Positions 21,283 through 30,214 of a stretch of 64,000 nt of DNA are shown here, piece after piece. A program made the translations under genes and the position numbers. The stretch covers positions 26,491 to 90,490 of the forward strand of contig CAZLED010000001.1 of NCBI GenBank assembly GCA_964558485.1. Direction: 5' to 3'. The first letter of the stretch is position 1, and the number at the start of each line of letters is the position of its first letter. The DNA is from an uncultured Ruminococcus sp. (GTDB taxonomy: Bacteria; Bacillota; Clostridia; Oscillospirales; CAG-272). Below the pieces are notes generated by a model. The model saw only the letters and a list, made by a program, of their open reading frames with translations, searched no databases and was not told the origin of the DNA.

Positions 21283-21311
21283 TTGACTTTCAATTTCAAA
21301 TGTGATATACT
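21283..21311 (+). promoter_or_regulatory. Promoter of the zur-znu operon, embedded in an AT-rich imperfect palindrome (possible Zur box)
   Basis: TTGACT (21283-21288), 17 nt spacer, TATACT (21306-21311). Flanked by aaatttgatattgactttcaatttcaaat. Confidence 0.5.
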
Positions 21312-21363
21312 ATACTGCGTTACCTATCGACAATACACCCATGCAAAAAAGGAGAGGGAGACC

Positions 21364-21762
21364 ATGGCGTATCAGACCAAACAACGGCACGCGATACTGG
21401 CGTATCTGGCGGCGTCTCCACACACCAGTCACACGGCCAGAGAGCTTATCGATAGCCTGCATATCAGTGAACCCACCGTTTTTCGTACCCTGACCTATCT
21501 GACCGAGGAAGGGCTGCTCAAACGGTTCACCGGTCCCCATGGGGCTGTCTACCAATACATCGGCTGCGGCGGCCACCATATGCACCTGAAATGCAAGGCC
21601 TGCGGCAATCTTGTTCACCTGGAATGCAGCTTTGCTGAGGAGATCCTGCGACATTTCTCCGAGGAGCACCACTTTATGCTGGACGAAGAAGACACCATTT
21701 TCTACGGCTTCTGCGACAACTGCCGCCGCAAGACCGAAGCCGGAAAGGATACGGACCTATGA
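21364..21762 (+). CDS. zur: Fur-family metalloregulator, probably Zur
   Basis: Winged-helix N-terminus. HHMHLKCKACGNLVHLE and FYGFCDNC CxxC pairs. ATGA overlap with the metal-binding lipoprotein gene. Confidence 0.8.
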   Translation: MAYQTKQRHAILAYLAASPHTSHTARELIDSLHISEPTVFRTLTYLTEEGLLKRFTGPHGAVYQYIGCGGHHMHLKCKACGNLVHLECSFAEEILRHFSEEHHFMLDEEDTIFYGFCDNCRRKTEAGKDTDL

Positions 21763-22724
21763 AAAAAACACTGCCCCTGCTTCTGGCGCTGACCTTTCTC
21801 ACCGGCAGTACCACCGGCTGTGCGGTTGACGATGGCAGACCGGAAGCGGATGGACTGACCATCATCACCACCAACTTTTTCCTGTACGATACCGCACGGA
21901 CCCTGGCACGAGAAAACGACAACGTGGTCATGCTGATCTCGCCCGGTGCGGAATCCCACGACTATGAGCTGACCCTGACCGATATGGCGGCGCTGGAGAC
22001 CTGCGATCTGTTCGTCTACGTGGGCGGCGAAGGTGAAGATTGGGTCTACGATGCGCTGGACACCTTTGCGGCAAGTGGCATCACGATCCCCACCTTCTGC
22101 GCCATGGAAGCGGTGGAAGAGAAGGGAACACTGATCCATGCGGCGGAAGAGCATGACCACGATCACGACCACAGCGAACACGCAGATGAGCATTGGGAAG
22201 GCATCGATGACCATGTGTGGCTTTCCATGCCCAATGCCATTGCGATCTACGAAGGACTGTGCGATACGCTCCTGCACACCTATGAGACCTGGTCGCCGGC
22301 AGAAAACGACTGGGCCTACACCGTCACCACCTGGGACGAAAAATACCGGGCGTTGGTGGCAGAGGCGGCCGATCCCTTTCTCCTTGTGGCTGACCGGTTT
22401 CCCTATACCTACCTGACTACGGAATACGGCATCGACTATTTGGCGGCCTTTTCCGGCTGCACCTCCGACACGGAGCCGACCCTGGATGTGGTAAATCGGC
22501 TGATCACAGAGGTGGAGAACCGGCAGGGCAAGACGATCCTTGTGACCGAGCTGTCCGATGGGCAAACGGCGCAGGCCATCTCAAAGCAGGTACCAGGCGT
22601 GACCATCGAAGAGCTGCATTCCTGCCACAATGTGACAAAGGCAGATTTTGATAGTGGTGTGACCTACATCGATCTGCTGGCGCGAAACTACGCCGTTTTG
22701 GAGAAGATACTATGGAAGAAATAA
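21759..22724 (+). CDS. znuA: Metal (zinc-type) ABC transporter substrate-binding lipoprotein, ZnuA/TroA cluster 9
   Basis: Lipobox LTGSTTGC. His/Asp-rich loop HAAEEHDHDHDHSEHADEH, typical of ZnuA. Confidence 0.8.
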   Translation: MKKTLPLLLALTFLTGSTTGCAVDDGRPEADGLTIITTNFFLYDTARTLARENDNVVMLISPGAESHDYELTLTDMAALETCDLFVYVGGEGEDWVYDALDTFAASGITIPTFCAMEAVEEKGTLIHAAEEHDHDHDHSEHADEHWEGIDDHVWLSMPNAIAIYEGLCDTLLHTYETWSPAENDWAYTVTTWDEKYRALVAEAADPFLLVADRFPYTYLTTEYGIDYLAAFSGCTSDTEPTLDVVNRLITEVENRQGKTILVTELSDGQTAQAISKQVPGVTIEELHSCHNVTKADFDSGVTYIDLLARNYAVLEKILWKK

Positions 22725-23596
22725 AACAAGTGTCAAAAGCTGGCACAACAGAAGCGGCACCGGTTTTGGTGCAGGCCAAGGATGTGACCCTGTCCTATGA
22801 CGGCAAGCCTGTGGTTGGAAACGTGAACTTTACCGTGACAAAGGGGATGTACCTGTGTGTGGTAGGCGCCAACGGCAGCGGCAAATCTACCCTGATGCGT
22901 GCCATCACCGGGATGCTTCGTCCCACCACCGGCACCCTGACCGTGACACCCGGCGTGACCATTGGCTATCTGCCCCAGCAGTCGGAGATCCAGCGAGACT
23001 TTCCGGCGTCGGTCTGGGAGGTAGCGCTGTCCGGTTGTCTGGGCAGAGTAAAGAATCGCTTCTGGCCGGGGTTCGGATACGACAAGGAGTCCCGGGCACG
23101 AGCGGAAAAGGCGCTGGATATGCTGGGGATGTCCGACAAAAAGAAGCGTTCCTACAACGAGCTCTCCGGTGGGCAGCAGCAACGGGTATTGCTGGCACGA
23201 GCCCTGTGTGCTTCGGATACGCTGCTATTGTTGGACGAGCCGGTGACCGGGCTGGATCCGGATGCGACCCGGGAGATGTATGCCATGATCCGGCGGCTGA
23301 ACAGTGCGGGCACGGCGATCCTGATGGTGACCCACGACATGGAAGCGGCCCTGGAAGAGTCTTCGCACATTTTGTGCCTGTGCCAGCGCCATGGGGCTCC
23401 GACTGCCCACGGTCACACCAACTTCTTTGGGGAGACAGAACGATACCGGGCTGGTCTGGGTGCCGCACCCGGTGAGGACACGTGCAGCTGCTGTGGGTTG
23501 GCACACGAGCATCGTACCGCAGCGGTGGGGGCAAGAAAGCTCCTGGTGCCGGAACGATTGCAGACTACATACACCGAAAAGGAGAAAAAGCTATGA
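22712..23596 (+). CDS. znuC: Metal ABC transporter ATP-binding protein with ~60-aa Cys/His-containing C-terminal extension
   Basis: GANGSGKST (Walker A), LSGGQQQRVLLARAL (signature), LLLLDEP (Walker B). Tail ...HGHTNFFGE...CSCCGLAHEH... Confidence 0.85.
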   Translation: MEEIKQVSKAGTTEAAPVLVQAKDVTLSYDGKPVVGNVNFTVTKGMYLCVVGANGSGKSTLMRAITGMLRPTTGTLTVTPGVTIGYLPQQSEIQRDFPASVWEVALSGCLGRVKNRFWPGFGYDKESRARAEKALDMLGMSDKKKRSYNELSGGQQQRVLLARALCASDTLLLLDEPVTGLDPDATREMYAMIRRLNSAGTAILMVTHDMEAALEESSHILCLCQRHGAPTAHGHTNFFGETERYRAGLGAAPGEDTCSCCGLAHEHRTAAVGARKLLVPERLQTTYTEKEKKL

Positions 23597-24429
23597 CCAT
23601 ACAATCCATTCTGGCGTCTCCTTTTTTGACAGGCGTCGTGCTGCGTTCCCTGATCGTGGGGGTGCTGGTGTCTCTGTGTGCGGCGCTGCTGGGCGTGAGT
23701 CTGGTGCTGAAGCGGTATTCCATGATCGGTGACGGTCTGTCTCACGTGGGATTTTTTGCCTTAGCTCTGTCTACGGCAGCCGGGGTCAGCGGTGCGTACA
23801 CCATGGAAGCGTCTTTGCCCATCGTGATCTTAGCGGCGGTGCTGATCCTGCGGCTGAGCCAATCGAAGAAGATCAAGGGAGATGCGGCCTGTGCCATCGT
23901 TTCTACAGGAGCGGTGGCCATTGGTACGCTGATCAACAATGTGCTGGGCGTGCGCTCGGCAGACGTGTGCAGCAGCCTGTTTGGTTCGGCTTCGCTTGTG
24001 ACACTGACGGACAAGGATCTGTGGCTCAGTGTTGCCATGTCGGCCCTGACACTGGTGTGGTATGTGCTCTGTGCCCGGCGGATCTTTGCGGTGACCTTTG
24101 ATATGCCCTTTGCCCGGTCGGCTGGGGTCCACACGGAACGGCTGGATATCGTGATGGCGATCCTGACGGGCATCACCATCGTGGTGGGCATGAAGATGAT
24201 GGGGGCCATTATGATCTCCGCTCTGATCCTGTTTCCGCCCATGACTGCCATGCGTGTGACCGGCAGCTTCCGGGCTACGGTGTGGGTGTCTGCCATCGTG
24301 TCGGTGGTGAGCTTTGTGATCGGCTTCGTGCTGGCGTGCCGATTCTCTCTGCAGACCGGTGCCACGGTGGTGACGGTCCAGCTGGTGTTGTTTTTGGTTT
24401 TTGCGCTGGTGGGACGAAAGAAAAGGTAA
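23593..24429 (+). CDS. znuB: Metal ABC transporter permease (ZnuB-like)
   Basis: ATGA overlap with the znuC stop. Polytopic hydrophobic protein: MTIQSILASPFLTGVVLRSLIVGVLVSLC... Confidence 0.8.
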   Translation: MTIQSILASPFLTGVVLRSLIVGVLVSLCAALLGVSLVLKRYSMIGDGLSHVGFFALALSTAAGVSGAYTMEASLPIVILAAVLILRLSQSKKIKGDAACAIVSTGAVAIGTLINNVLGVRSADVCSSLFGSASLVTLTDKDLWLSVAMSALTLVWYVLCARRIFAVTFDMPFARSAGVHTERLDIVMAILTGITIVVGMKMMGAIMISALILFPPMTAMRVTGSFRATVWVSAIVSVVSFVIGFVLACRFSLQTGATVVTVQLVLFLVFALVGRKKR

Positions 24430-24439
24430 AAATAATAGA

Positions 24440-24481
24440 AAAGCTCTCTTGGGTGCCTGTGCCGAAAAGAGAGCTTTTTTT
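24440..24481 (+). terminator. Terminator of the znu operon
   Basis: aaagctctctt-(loop)-aagagagcttt followed by a T-tract. Confidence 0.7.
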
Positions 24482-24533
24482 GACCTTAAACAAAAAATGT
24501 CCTGAACTTTTGTGAAAACTTTTTCCTTTTCTA

Positions 24534-24562
24534 TTGACAGGCTGTCGGGATTTGTGTATAAT
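24534..24562 (+). promoter_or_regulatory. Promoter of SBP paralog D
   Basis: TTGACA (24534-24539), 17 nt spacer, TATAAT (24557-24562). Confidence 0.6.
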
Positions 24563-24686
24563 AGAGTAAACATTACCTCTTGGCTGCGGGAAAATTGCGC
24601 AATGCAACAGATGTCAAGTTGCGAACGCTCTTTTGCTGCCATCGAATTTGTATAGATCGATCCTTTCACAGAATGGAGGTACGCAT

Positions 24687-26168
24687 ATGTCTGCCAAAAA
24701 ACGGATGCTTGCTTTGCTGCTGACGGCACTGCTGCTGTCGTCTGCCTTTGTGTCCTGCGGAGAAACGGAGGTCCAGGAGGAAGAGACAAAGGGTGCGGAT
24801 ACTGTCGCCACCACAGCGGAACCGGAGACCGAGGAGATACGCTATGCAGCGGATATTCCTGCAGGTACTGACTACAACGGAGAGACCTTTACGGTGCTGG
24901 CCTTTCCGCTGGAGACGCTTGTCTGGGGTGACGTGGACTGGAATGCCGAAGAGCTGACCGGGGAAGTGGTCAACGATGCGGTGTACAACCGTACGACCAC
25001 CACGGAGTCCAAGCTCAACGTGGCTATCGAGGTGGTCCACATGGACAGCTACGGCAACGCCAATATGCTCCAGAAGTCTGTGAATGCCCAGGACAATGCC
25101 TATCAGCTTGCCACCAACTCGCTGCAGACCACCTTGACCATGGGACAAAACGGACTGCTGGCGGAGCTGAATGACTATGCCGCACAGGGCACGCTGGCAC
25201 TGACCTCGCCTTGGTGGGACCAGAACTGCCTGAACGACCTGTCCGTGGATCACAAGAACTATATCCTCACCGGCGACATTGGTACCATGTACAAAAAGTC
25301 CATCGGCGCCATCATGTTCAACAAGGCCATCTACAACAACTACAGCCTGGAGGATCCGTACCAGCTGGTGGAAGACGGCAAGTGGACCATCGACAAAATG
25401 GTGGAAATGGGCACCCAGGTTTCGGTGGACACAAACGGCGACGGCGTTATGGATACCGAAGACCAGTTTGGTCTGATCTGCTTCTGCGATATGATGCCGC
25501 TGGCGTTCATTGGCGCCGGTGTACAAATGGCGACCAAGGATGCGGATGACGTTCCCCATCTCAGTATGTATTCCGAAAAGACCGTGTCCGTGATGGAAAA
25601 GCTGGCGACCCTGATGTACAACGAGTCCATCACCTGGAGCTGGTCCAAGGCCGGTGTCACCGAGGAGACCGCTTTTGCCATGTACCAGGCGGATCAGTCC
25701 TTCTTCTACTATGGGGAGCTGCACGCCGTTGCCATCATGCGGGATATGGATTCTCCCTTCGGCGTCCTGCCCATGCCCAAATATGACGAAGCACAGGACA
25801 GCTACTACCACTGCGTCAATCCCAATGTGGCTTCCGTATACGGTATCCCGGTCACCAATGTTGCCTACGACATGACCGGTCACGTGATGGATACCCTGGG
25901 TGCCGAATCCAAAAACGAGCTGACGCCGGCCTACTACAATGTGACGCTGCTGGGCAAGGTCAGCCGGGACAGCGAATCTGTGGTATCGCTGGATATCATC
26001 ATCGGCAGCATCCGGTACGATCTGGGCTATCTGGGCGGTATCGGGATCAGCTCTATGCTGTACACCATGGCAAACGCCTGCAATTCCGACCTGACCTCCC
26101 AGTACGAGGCAAAGGCAAGCTCCTTTGAAAAGGCCCTGGAAAAGTTCGTGCAGGCCTACGTGGATTGA
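24687..26168 (+). CDS. Lipoprotein, solute-binding protein family (paralog D)
   Basis: MSAKKRMLALLLTALLLSSAFVSC lipobox. VNDAVYNR, SPWWDQN, DTNGDGVMDTEDQFG, FGVLPMPKYDE. GGAGG RBS. Confidence 0.8.
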   Translation: MSAKKRMLALLLTALLLSSAFVSCGETEVQEEETKGADTVATTAEPETEEIRYAADIPAGTDYNGETFTVLAFPLETLVWGDVDWNAEELTGEVVNDAVYNRTTTTESKLNVAIEVVHMDSYGNANMLQKSVNAQDNAYQLATNSLQTTLTMGQNGLLAELNDYAAQGTLALTSPWWDQNCLNDLSVDHKNYILTGDIGTMYKKSIGAIMFNKAIYNNYSLEDPYQLVEDGKWTIDKMVEMGTQVSVDTNGDGVMDTEDQFGLICFCDMMPLAFIGAGVQMATKDADDVPHLSMYSEKTVSVMEKLATLMYNESITWSWSKAGVTEETAFAMYQADQSFFYYGELHAVAIMRDMDSPFGVLPMPKYDEAQDSYYHCVNPNVASVYGIPVTNVAYDMTGHVMDTLGAESKNELTPAYYNVTLLGKVSRDSESVVSLDIIIGSIRYDLGYLGGIGISSMLYTMANACNSDLTSQYEAKASSFEKALEKFVQAYVD

Positions 26169-26349
26169 GACTTTCAAACGATTTACTTCTCTGCATGGCT
26201 GTCATTTTCTGTGGCGCCTTGTGCCATTTCGCAAATACGACAAGCATTGCTTTCCTATGCCCTATCCGAGTGGGAGCGAACGTTTGCCCCACTTTGTGAT
26301 ACAACGATACACTACGAGATTTTTACGAAAACAGGACGGAGGTACCCCT

Positions 26350-27867
26350 ATGTTGACAAGAAAAAGAATGTTCGCGTTGCTGCTGGCGGCGCTGCTGCTG
26401 ACATCTTCCTTTACGGCTTGCGGTGAAGTCGAGGTGGTGGAGACCCAGGATGTGGCCGATACCACAGCTGCTCAGGAGACCGAGGAGGTGGAGCCCTTTG
26501 CCAATGTGGATTTCGGCGGACAGAGCCTGCGCATTTCTTCCTCCATCGATGAGGAGGACTCCACCAATGCCCATCGACTGATCGCCGGTTCCGGAGAGCT
26601 CAATGGCGAGGTGGTCAACGATGCGGTGTACCAGCGGAACCTGACGGTGCAGGAGCTGCTGAACGTACAGCTGGAATTTCTACCGTCGGAATGGACCTAC
26701 GGCAACGGACACACCGAGATCGAAAAGCTGGTGCTGTCCGGGGACGCCGGGTTTGAAGTGGTCATCAACGACCTGATCAACTTAGGCCGTATCGCCCATA
26801 AGGGGTACTTCCACTCCGTTTCCAACAACCAGATCATGGACTTCTCCAAGTCCTATTAGTACGGCGAGGCCATTGCGGATCTGGAGATCGTACCCGGTGC
26901 TGCCTACATGATGTTAGGGGACGTGTTCGCCGACTGCCTGGCTTCTGCCCATGTGCTGTACTACAATAAAGATATCATCAACAATAACTATGCGTCCCCG
27001 GACTATGTGCAGGATATCATCCTGGACGGCAGCTGGACCGTGGACGAAATGATCCGCATCACCGAGGAGACCGCAGTGGACCTGGACGGCGACGGCACCA
27101 TCTCCGAAAAAATGGGAGACCTGGGCGGTTACTCCGTCATTGGCGCCTGGGGACCGATGATCCCGGTGCTCATGGGCTTTGATGTGCAGTTCATGGATGA
27201 GACCGAAACGGGCAAGCTGGCGTATTGCTTCAACAACGAACGCTCCGTGACCATTCTGGAAAAGCTCAACGAGCTGTACTGGGCAAGCTGGAATTACCAG
27301 GACATCACCGACCATTCGGCAACGGGTCTGCTGAATCTCTATGCGGACCAGAAGACGGTGTTCGTGGGCTATCTGCGGCTGGGCGACCTGGAAAAGATGC
27401 GGGACATCGAGTTCCAGGTGGGTCTGGCCTGCTACCCGAAGCTGGATACGGACCAGCAGAAGTATGTTTCGTCTCTGCACGATACCTCTGAGGTCGGTGC
27501 GATCATGGTGACGGCACCGGTGGATCAGATGGACTTTATCTCCACGGTGCTGGAAGTGATGGCAAGAGAAGCCGGCCGCACGATCATTCCGGCATACTAT
27601 GAAGAAGCGCTGAAGATCAAGTACGTGAACGGTACCGGAGACGCTGCCATGATCGACCTGATCCACGATGCGATCACTTCTCCTTTTGCGCTGGCGTACA
27701 ACAATATCCTTGGTGAGGTGCTGCTGGGCAAGTGCTTCCTGACACCTCTGGGCAGCAAGAGAACAGACTTTGCCTCTGCCTATGCGTCTGTCGAAAAAGC
27801 CGCATTGGAAGACCTGGATGAGCTGGTAGAAGCCTTCACCGAAGTGGTGGAAAGACAGGGAAGATAA
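26350..27867 (+). pseudogene. Solute-binding lipoprotein paralog E, interrupted by a single in-frame TAG (26857-26859) at the family-conserved Trp
   Basis: ORFs 26125-26859 and 26908-27867 are in the same frame. The sequence reads ...DFSKSY*YGEAIADLEI... where the other paralogs have KSYWDQG, SPWWDQN and similar. The lipobox (SSFTAC) and the downstream family blocks are intact. Confidence 0.75.
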
Positions 27868-27887
27868 GGAGCAAAATACAGTGATAC

Positions 27888-27933
27888 AAAGCGGTACAGC
27901 TTGGGTGGTGACCTGGACTGTACCGCTTTTTTT
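27888..27933 (+). terminator. Terminator after paralog E
   Basis: aaagcggtacag-(loop)-ctgtaccgc followed by TTTTTTT. Confidence 0.7.
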
Positions 27934-27970
27934 GCCTGAAATTGCATTGCGTAACAGAACATACGCCACG

Positions 27971-28026
27971 GCCTTCTGCCCTCTGCCGTCTTACTTCTGC
28001 CGTCTGACTTCTGCCTTCTGACTTCC
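27971..28026. repeat. Cluster of short phased repeats (CTTCTGCC / TCTGACTT) immediately upstream of the pheA promoter
   Basis: gccttctgccctctgccgtcttacttctgccgtctgacttctgccttctgacttcc. Confidence 0.5.
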
Positions 28027-28036
28027 CCAGCTGCCC

Positions 28037-28065
28037 TTGACAAGCCATCGAAAAAGTCGTATAAT
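28037..28065 (+). promoter_or_regulatory. Consensus sigma-A promoter of pheA
   Basis: TTGACA (28037-28042), 17 nt spacer, TATAAT (28060-28065). Confidence 0.65.
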
Positions 28066-28099
28066 ATTTTTCGAAAAATACGACATAGGAGATACACAT

Positions 28100-29248
28100 A
28101 TGGAAAACATGGACTTGTCCAGCTATAGAGAACAGATCGATGGGATCGACAAGGAGCTGGTGCAGCTTTTTGCCAAGCGGATGCAGGTGGCCAGCGAGAT
28201 CGGAGAATACAAGAAGCAGCATGGTATGCCGGTTCTGGACGCCGCAAGAGAACGGGCCAAGCTGGCTTCGGTGGCCGATATGGCACCGGAGGGCATGGGA
28301 GACTACACCAAGGTGCTGTACTCCCTGCTGTTTGAGCTGGCAAGAGCCCATGAGCAGACCCTGCAGAACGAGGAAAATGCGCTGTTCCGGGACGTGAAGC
28401 ACGCCATCGACCACACGCCGGCGCTGTTCCCGGAGGATGCTGTGGTGGCTTGTCAGGGGACGGAGGGTGCCTACTCCACGGCTGCCGCCGAAAAGCTGTT
28501 CCGTACCCCACGGATCTTATACTGCAAAAGCTTTGATGCGGTGCTGCAGGCGGTGGAAAACGGGCTGTGCCGCTACGGACTGCTGCCGGTGGAAAACTCC
28601 ACAGCCGGTATCGTGGAAGGGGTCTACAAGCTGCTGGAAAAGCATTCGTTCTATATCGTGCGTGCCGTTCGGGTGAAGGTGGACCACAACCTGCTGGCGC
28701 GCCGTGGCACGAAGCTGGCGGATATCAAGGAAGTGATCTCCCACGAACAGGCCATCAACCAGTGCTCGGCACTGCTGGAGACCATGGGCGTCAAGGTGAC
28801 CTATTGTGAAAATACCGCTGTGGCAGCCAAGCTGGTGGCAGAATCCGGTCGGAACGATCTGGCAGCCCTGTCCTCTGTGGCGTGCGGTGCCCTGTACGGA
28901 CTGGACAACCTGAAGCCGGCTGCGCAAAATGTGGGCAACAACTACACCCGGTTCATTTGCGTATCCAGAGATCTGGAGATCTATCCCGGTGCCGACCGCA
29001 CGACCCTGATGCTGGAGACGGAAAATCGTCCCGGTGCGCTGTATAAGCTTCTGGCACGGTTCTATGCACGGGGCATCAACCTGACCAGCCTGGTTTCCCG
29101 GCCCATTCCCGAACGGGAGTTTTCCTTCCGGTTCTATTTTGATCTGGACACCAGCGTGTATGCGGACTCCTTTGCTCAGCTCATGAGCGAACTGGATACC
29201 CTCTGCCCCACCTTCCGGTATCTGGGCAGCTATCGGGAGATCATCTGA
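28100..29248 (+). CDS. pheA: Bifunctional chorismate mutase / prephenate dehydratase (P-protein)
   Basis: N-terminal CM_2 helix bundle (REQIDGIDKELVQLFAKRMQVASEIGEYK). PDT domain (VACQGTEGAYS...PVENSTAGIV). C-terminal ACT (LMLETENRPGALYKLLARF). AGGAG RBS. Confidence 0.88.
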   Translation: MENMDLSSYREQIDGIDKELVQLFAKRMQVASEIGEYKKQHGMPVLDAARERAKLASVADMAPEGMGDYTKVLYSLLFELARAHEQTLQNEENALFRDVKHAIDHTPALFPEDAVVACQGTEGAYSTAAAEKLFRTPRILYCKSFDAVLQAVENGLCRYGLLPVENSTAGIVEGVYKLLEKHSFYIVRAVRVKVDHNLLARRGTKLADIKEVISHEQAINQCSALLETMGVKVTYCENTAVAAKLVAESGRNDLAALSSVACGALYGLDNLKPAAQNVGNNYTRFICVSRDLEIYPGADRTTLMLETENRPGALYKLLARFYARGINLTSLVSRPIPEREFSFRFYFDLDTSVYADSFAQLMSELDTLCPTFRYLGSYREII

Positions 29249-29313
29249 CAAAGCGGCAAAAGCAGTCTCCAGGGGAAAATGATATAATTTTTACAAAAAA
29301 TCCAAAAATGCAC

Positions 29314-29342
29314 TTGACAGACCCGGCAAAATGTGGTATAAA
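29314..29342 (+). promoter_or_regulatory. Promoter of the 235-aa anchored protein gene
   Basis: TTGACA (29314-29319), 17 nt spacer, TGg-TATAAA (29337-29342). Confidence 0.55.
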
Positions 29343-29427
29343 TATATTGAACCGTACGGAATGTATCGGTAATTTTTGTTGGTTCTCTACGAATGTCGAG
29401 CCGACTTGGAGCATTGGAGGTTCCCAT

Positions 29428-30135
29428 ATGAAGAAACTGCTTTCGTTTTTGTTCGTTTGTTTGCTGTGCACGGCGCTTCTCTGTCCCGTCTCTGCCGCCG
29501 ACTGGGTTGTGGACACCTTTGTGTCGGCCTTTGATGAAGCACCGGATTGGTTCGACGACGCCAATGTGGTGGAGTTTGAGGACTACTATGCAGAAGGCGC
29601 CACCAATGCCCGTGCCGGTGACAACTATGTATACCTGAAAAACGACGGGAAGGGTGACTTTTCCATCGAGTTCCAGGTGGACGAAGACGGCATCTATGAC
29701 ATTGGCGCTACCCTGATGGGTTGGACCAAGAGCGTGCCCCGTTCCACCAACATGACCGTAGACGGCGCACCCTTTGTATATGTGATGTTCGATTACGAAG
29801 ACGATTCTACCCAGTATGTTGAGCAGTATCTGACCGGGCTGCAAATGGAGCTGACCAAGGGTACACACACCTTTACCCTGTCCCTGGCCTCCGACTTTGA
29901 CGACAGCACCGTCAAGAGCCTGTACTTCGACAACTTCTTCTACCACAAGGCAGCCGATATTCCGGTCGAGACTGCAGCACCGGAGACGGTGGCAGAGACC
30001 GTTGCAGATATTTCTGCGACAGATGCAGCTGTGGCAGAACCGGTGGCAGCACCCCAGACCATGGATGCCGGTGTGTTTGCTGTGATCGCTATGGTGACCG
30101 CACTGAGCGGCTACATGGCTTCGAAGAAGAGATAA
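29428..30135 (+). CDS. Secreted protein of unknown function with A/E/T/V-rich stalk and C-terminal PQTMDAG-helix-SKKR anchor signal
   Basis: Signal peptide MKKLLSFLFVCLLCTALLCPVSA. C-terminus ...VAAPQTMDAGVFAVIAMVTALSGYMASKKR. GGAGG RBS. Confidence 0.7.
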   Translation: MKKLLSFLFVCLLCTALLCPVSAADWVVDTFVSAFDEAPDWFDDANVVEFEDYYAEGATNARAGDNYVYLKNDGKGDFSIEFQVDEDGIYDIGATLMGWTKSVPRSTNMTVDGAPFVYVMFDYEDDSTQYVEQYLTGLQMELTKGTHTFTLSLASDFDDSTVKSLYFDNFFYHKAADIPVETAAPETVAETVADISATDAAVAEPVAAPQTMDAGVFAVIAMVTALSGYMASKKR

Positions 30136-30214
30136 ATTTGGTTCGATACGATGGCGGTATGGGGGATGCCTGTACCGCCTTTTCTTATAAAATGATACGA
30201 AACGAGGATCTACT

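Noticed and set aside
26857-26859. TAG as programmed recoding (pyrrolysine or readthrough)
   Set aside because: The codon aligns with a Trp conserved in most paralogs and is one transition from TGG. No pyl genes or recoding signals are visible in the window. A nonsense mutation or base-call error is the simpler explanation, and it is kept as a finding only for verification.
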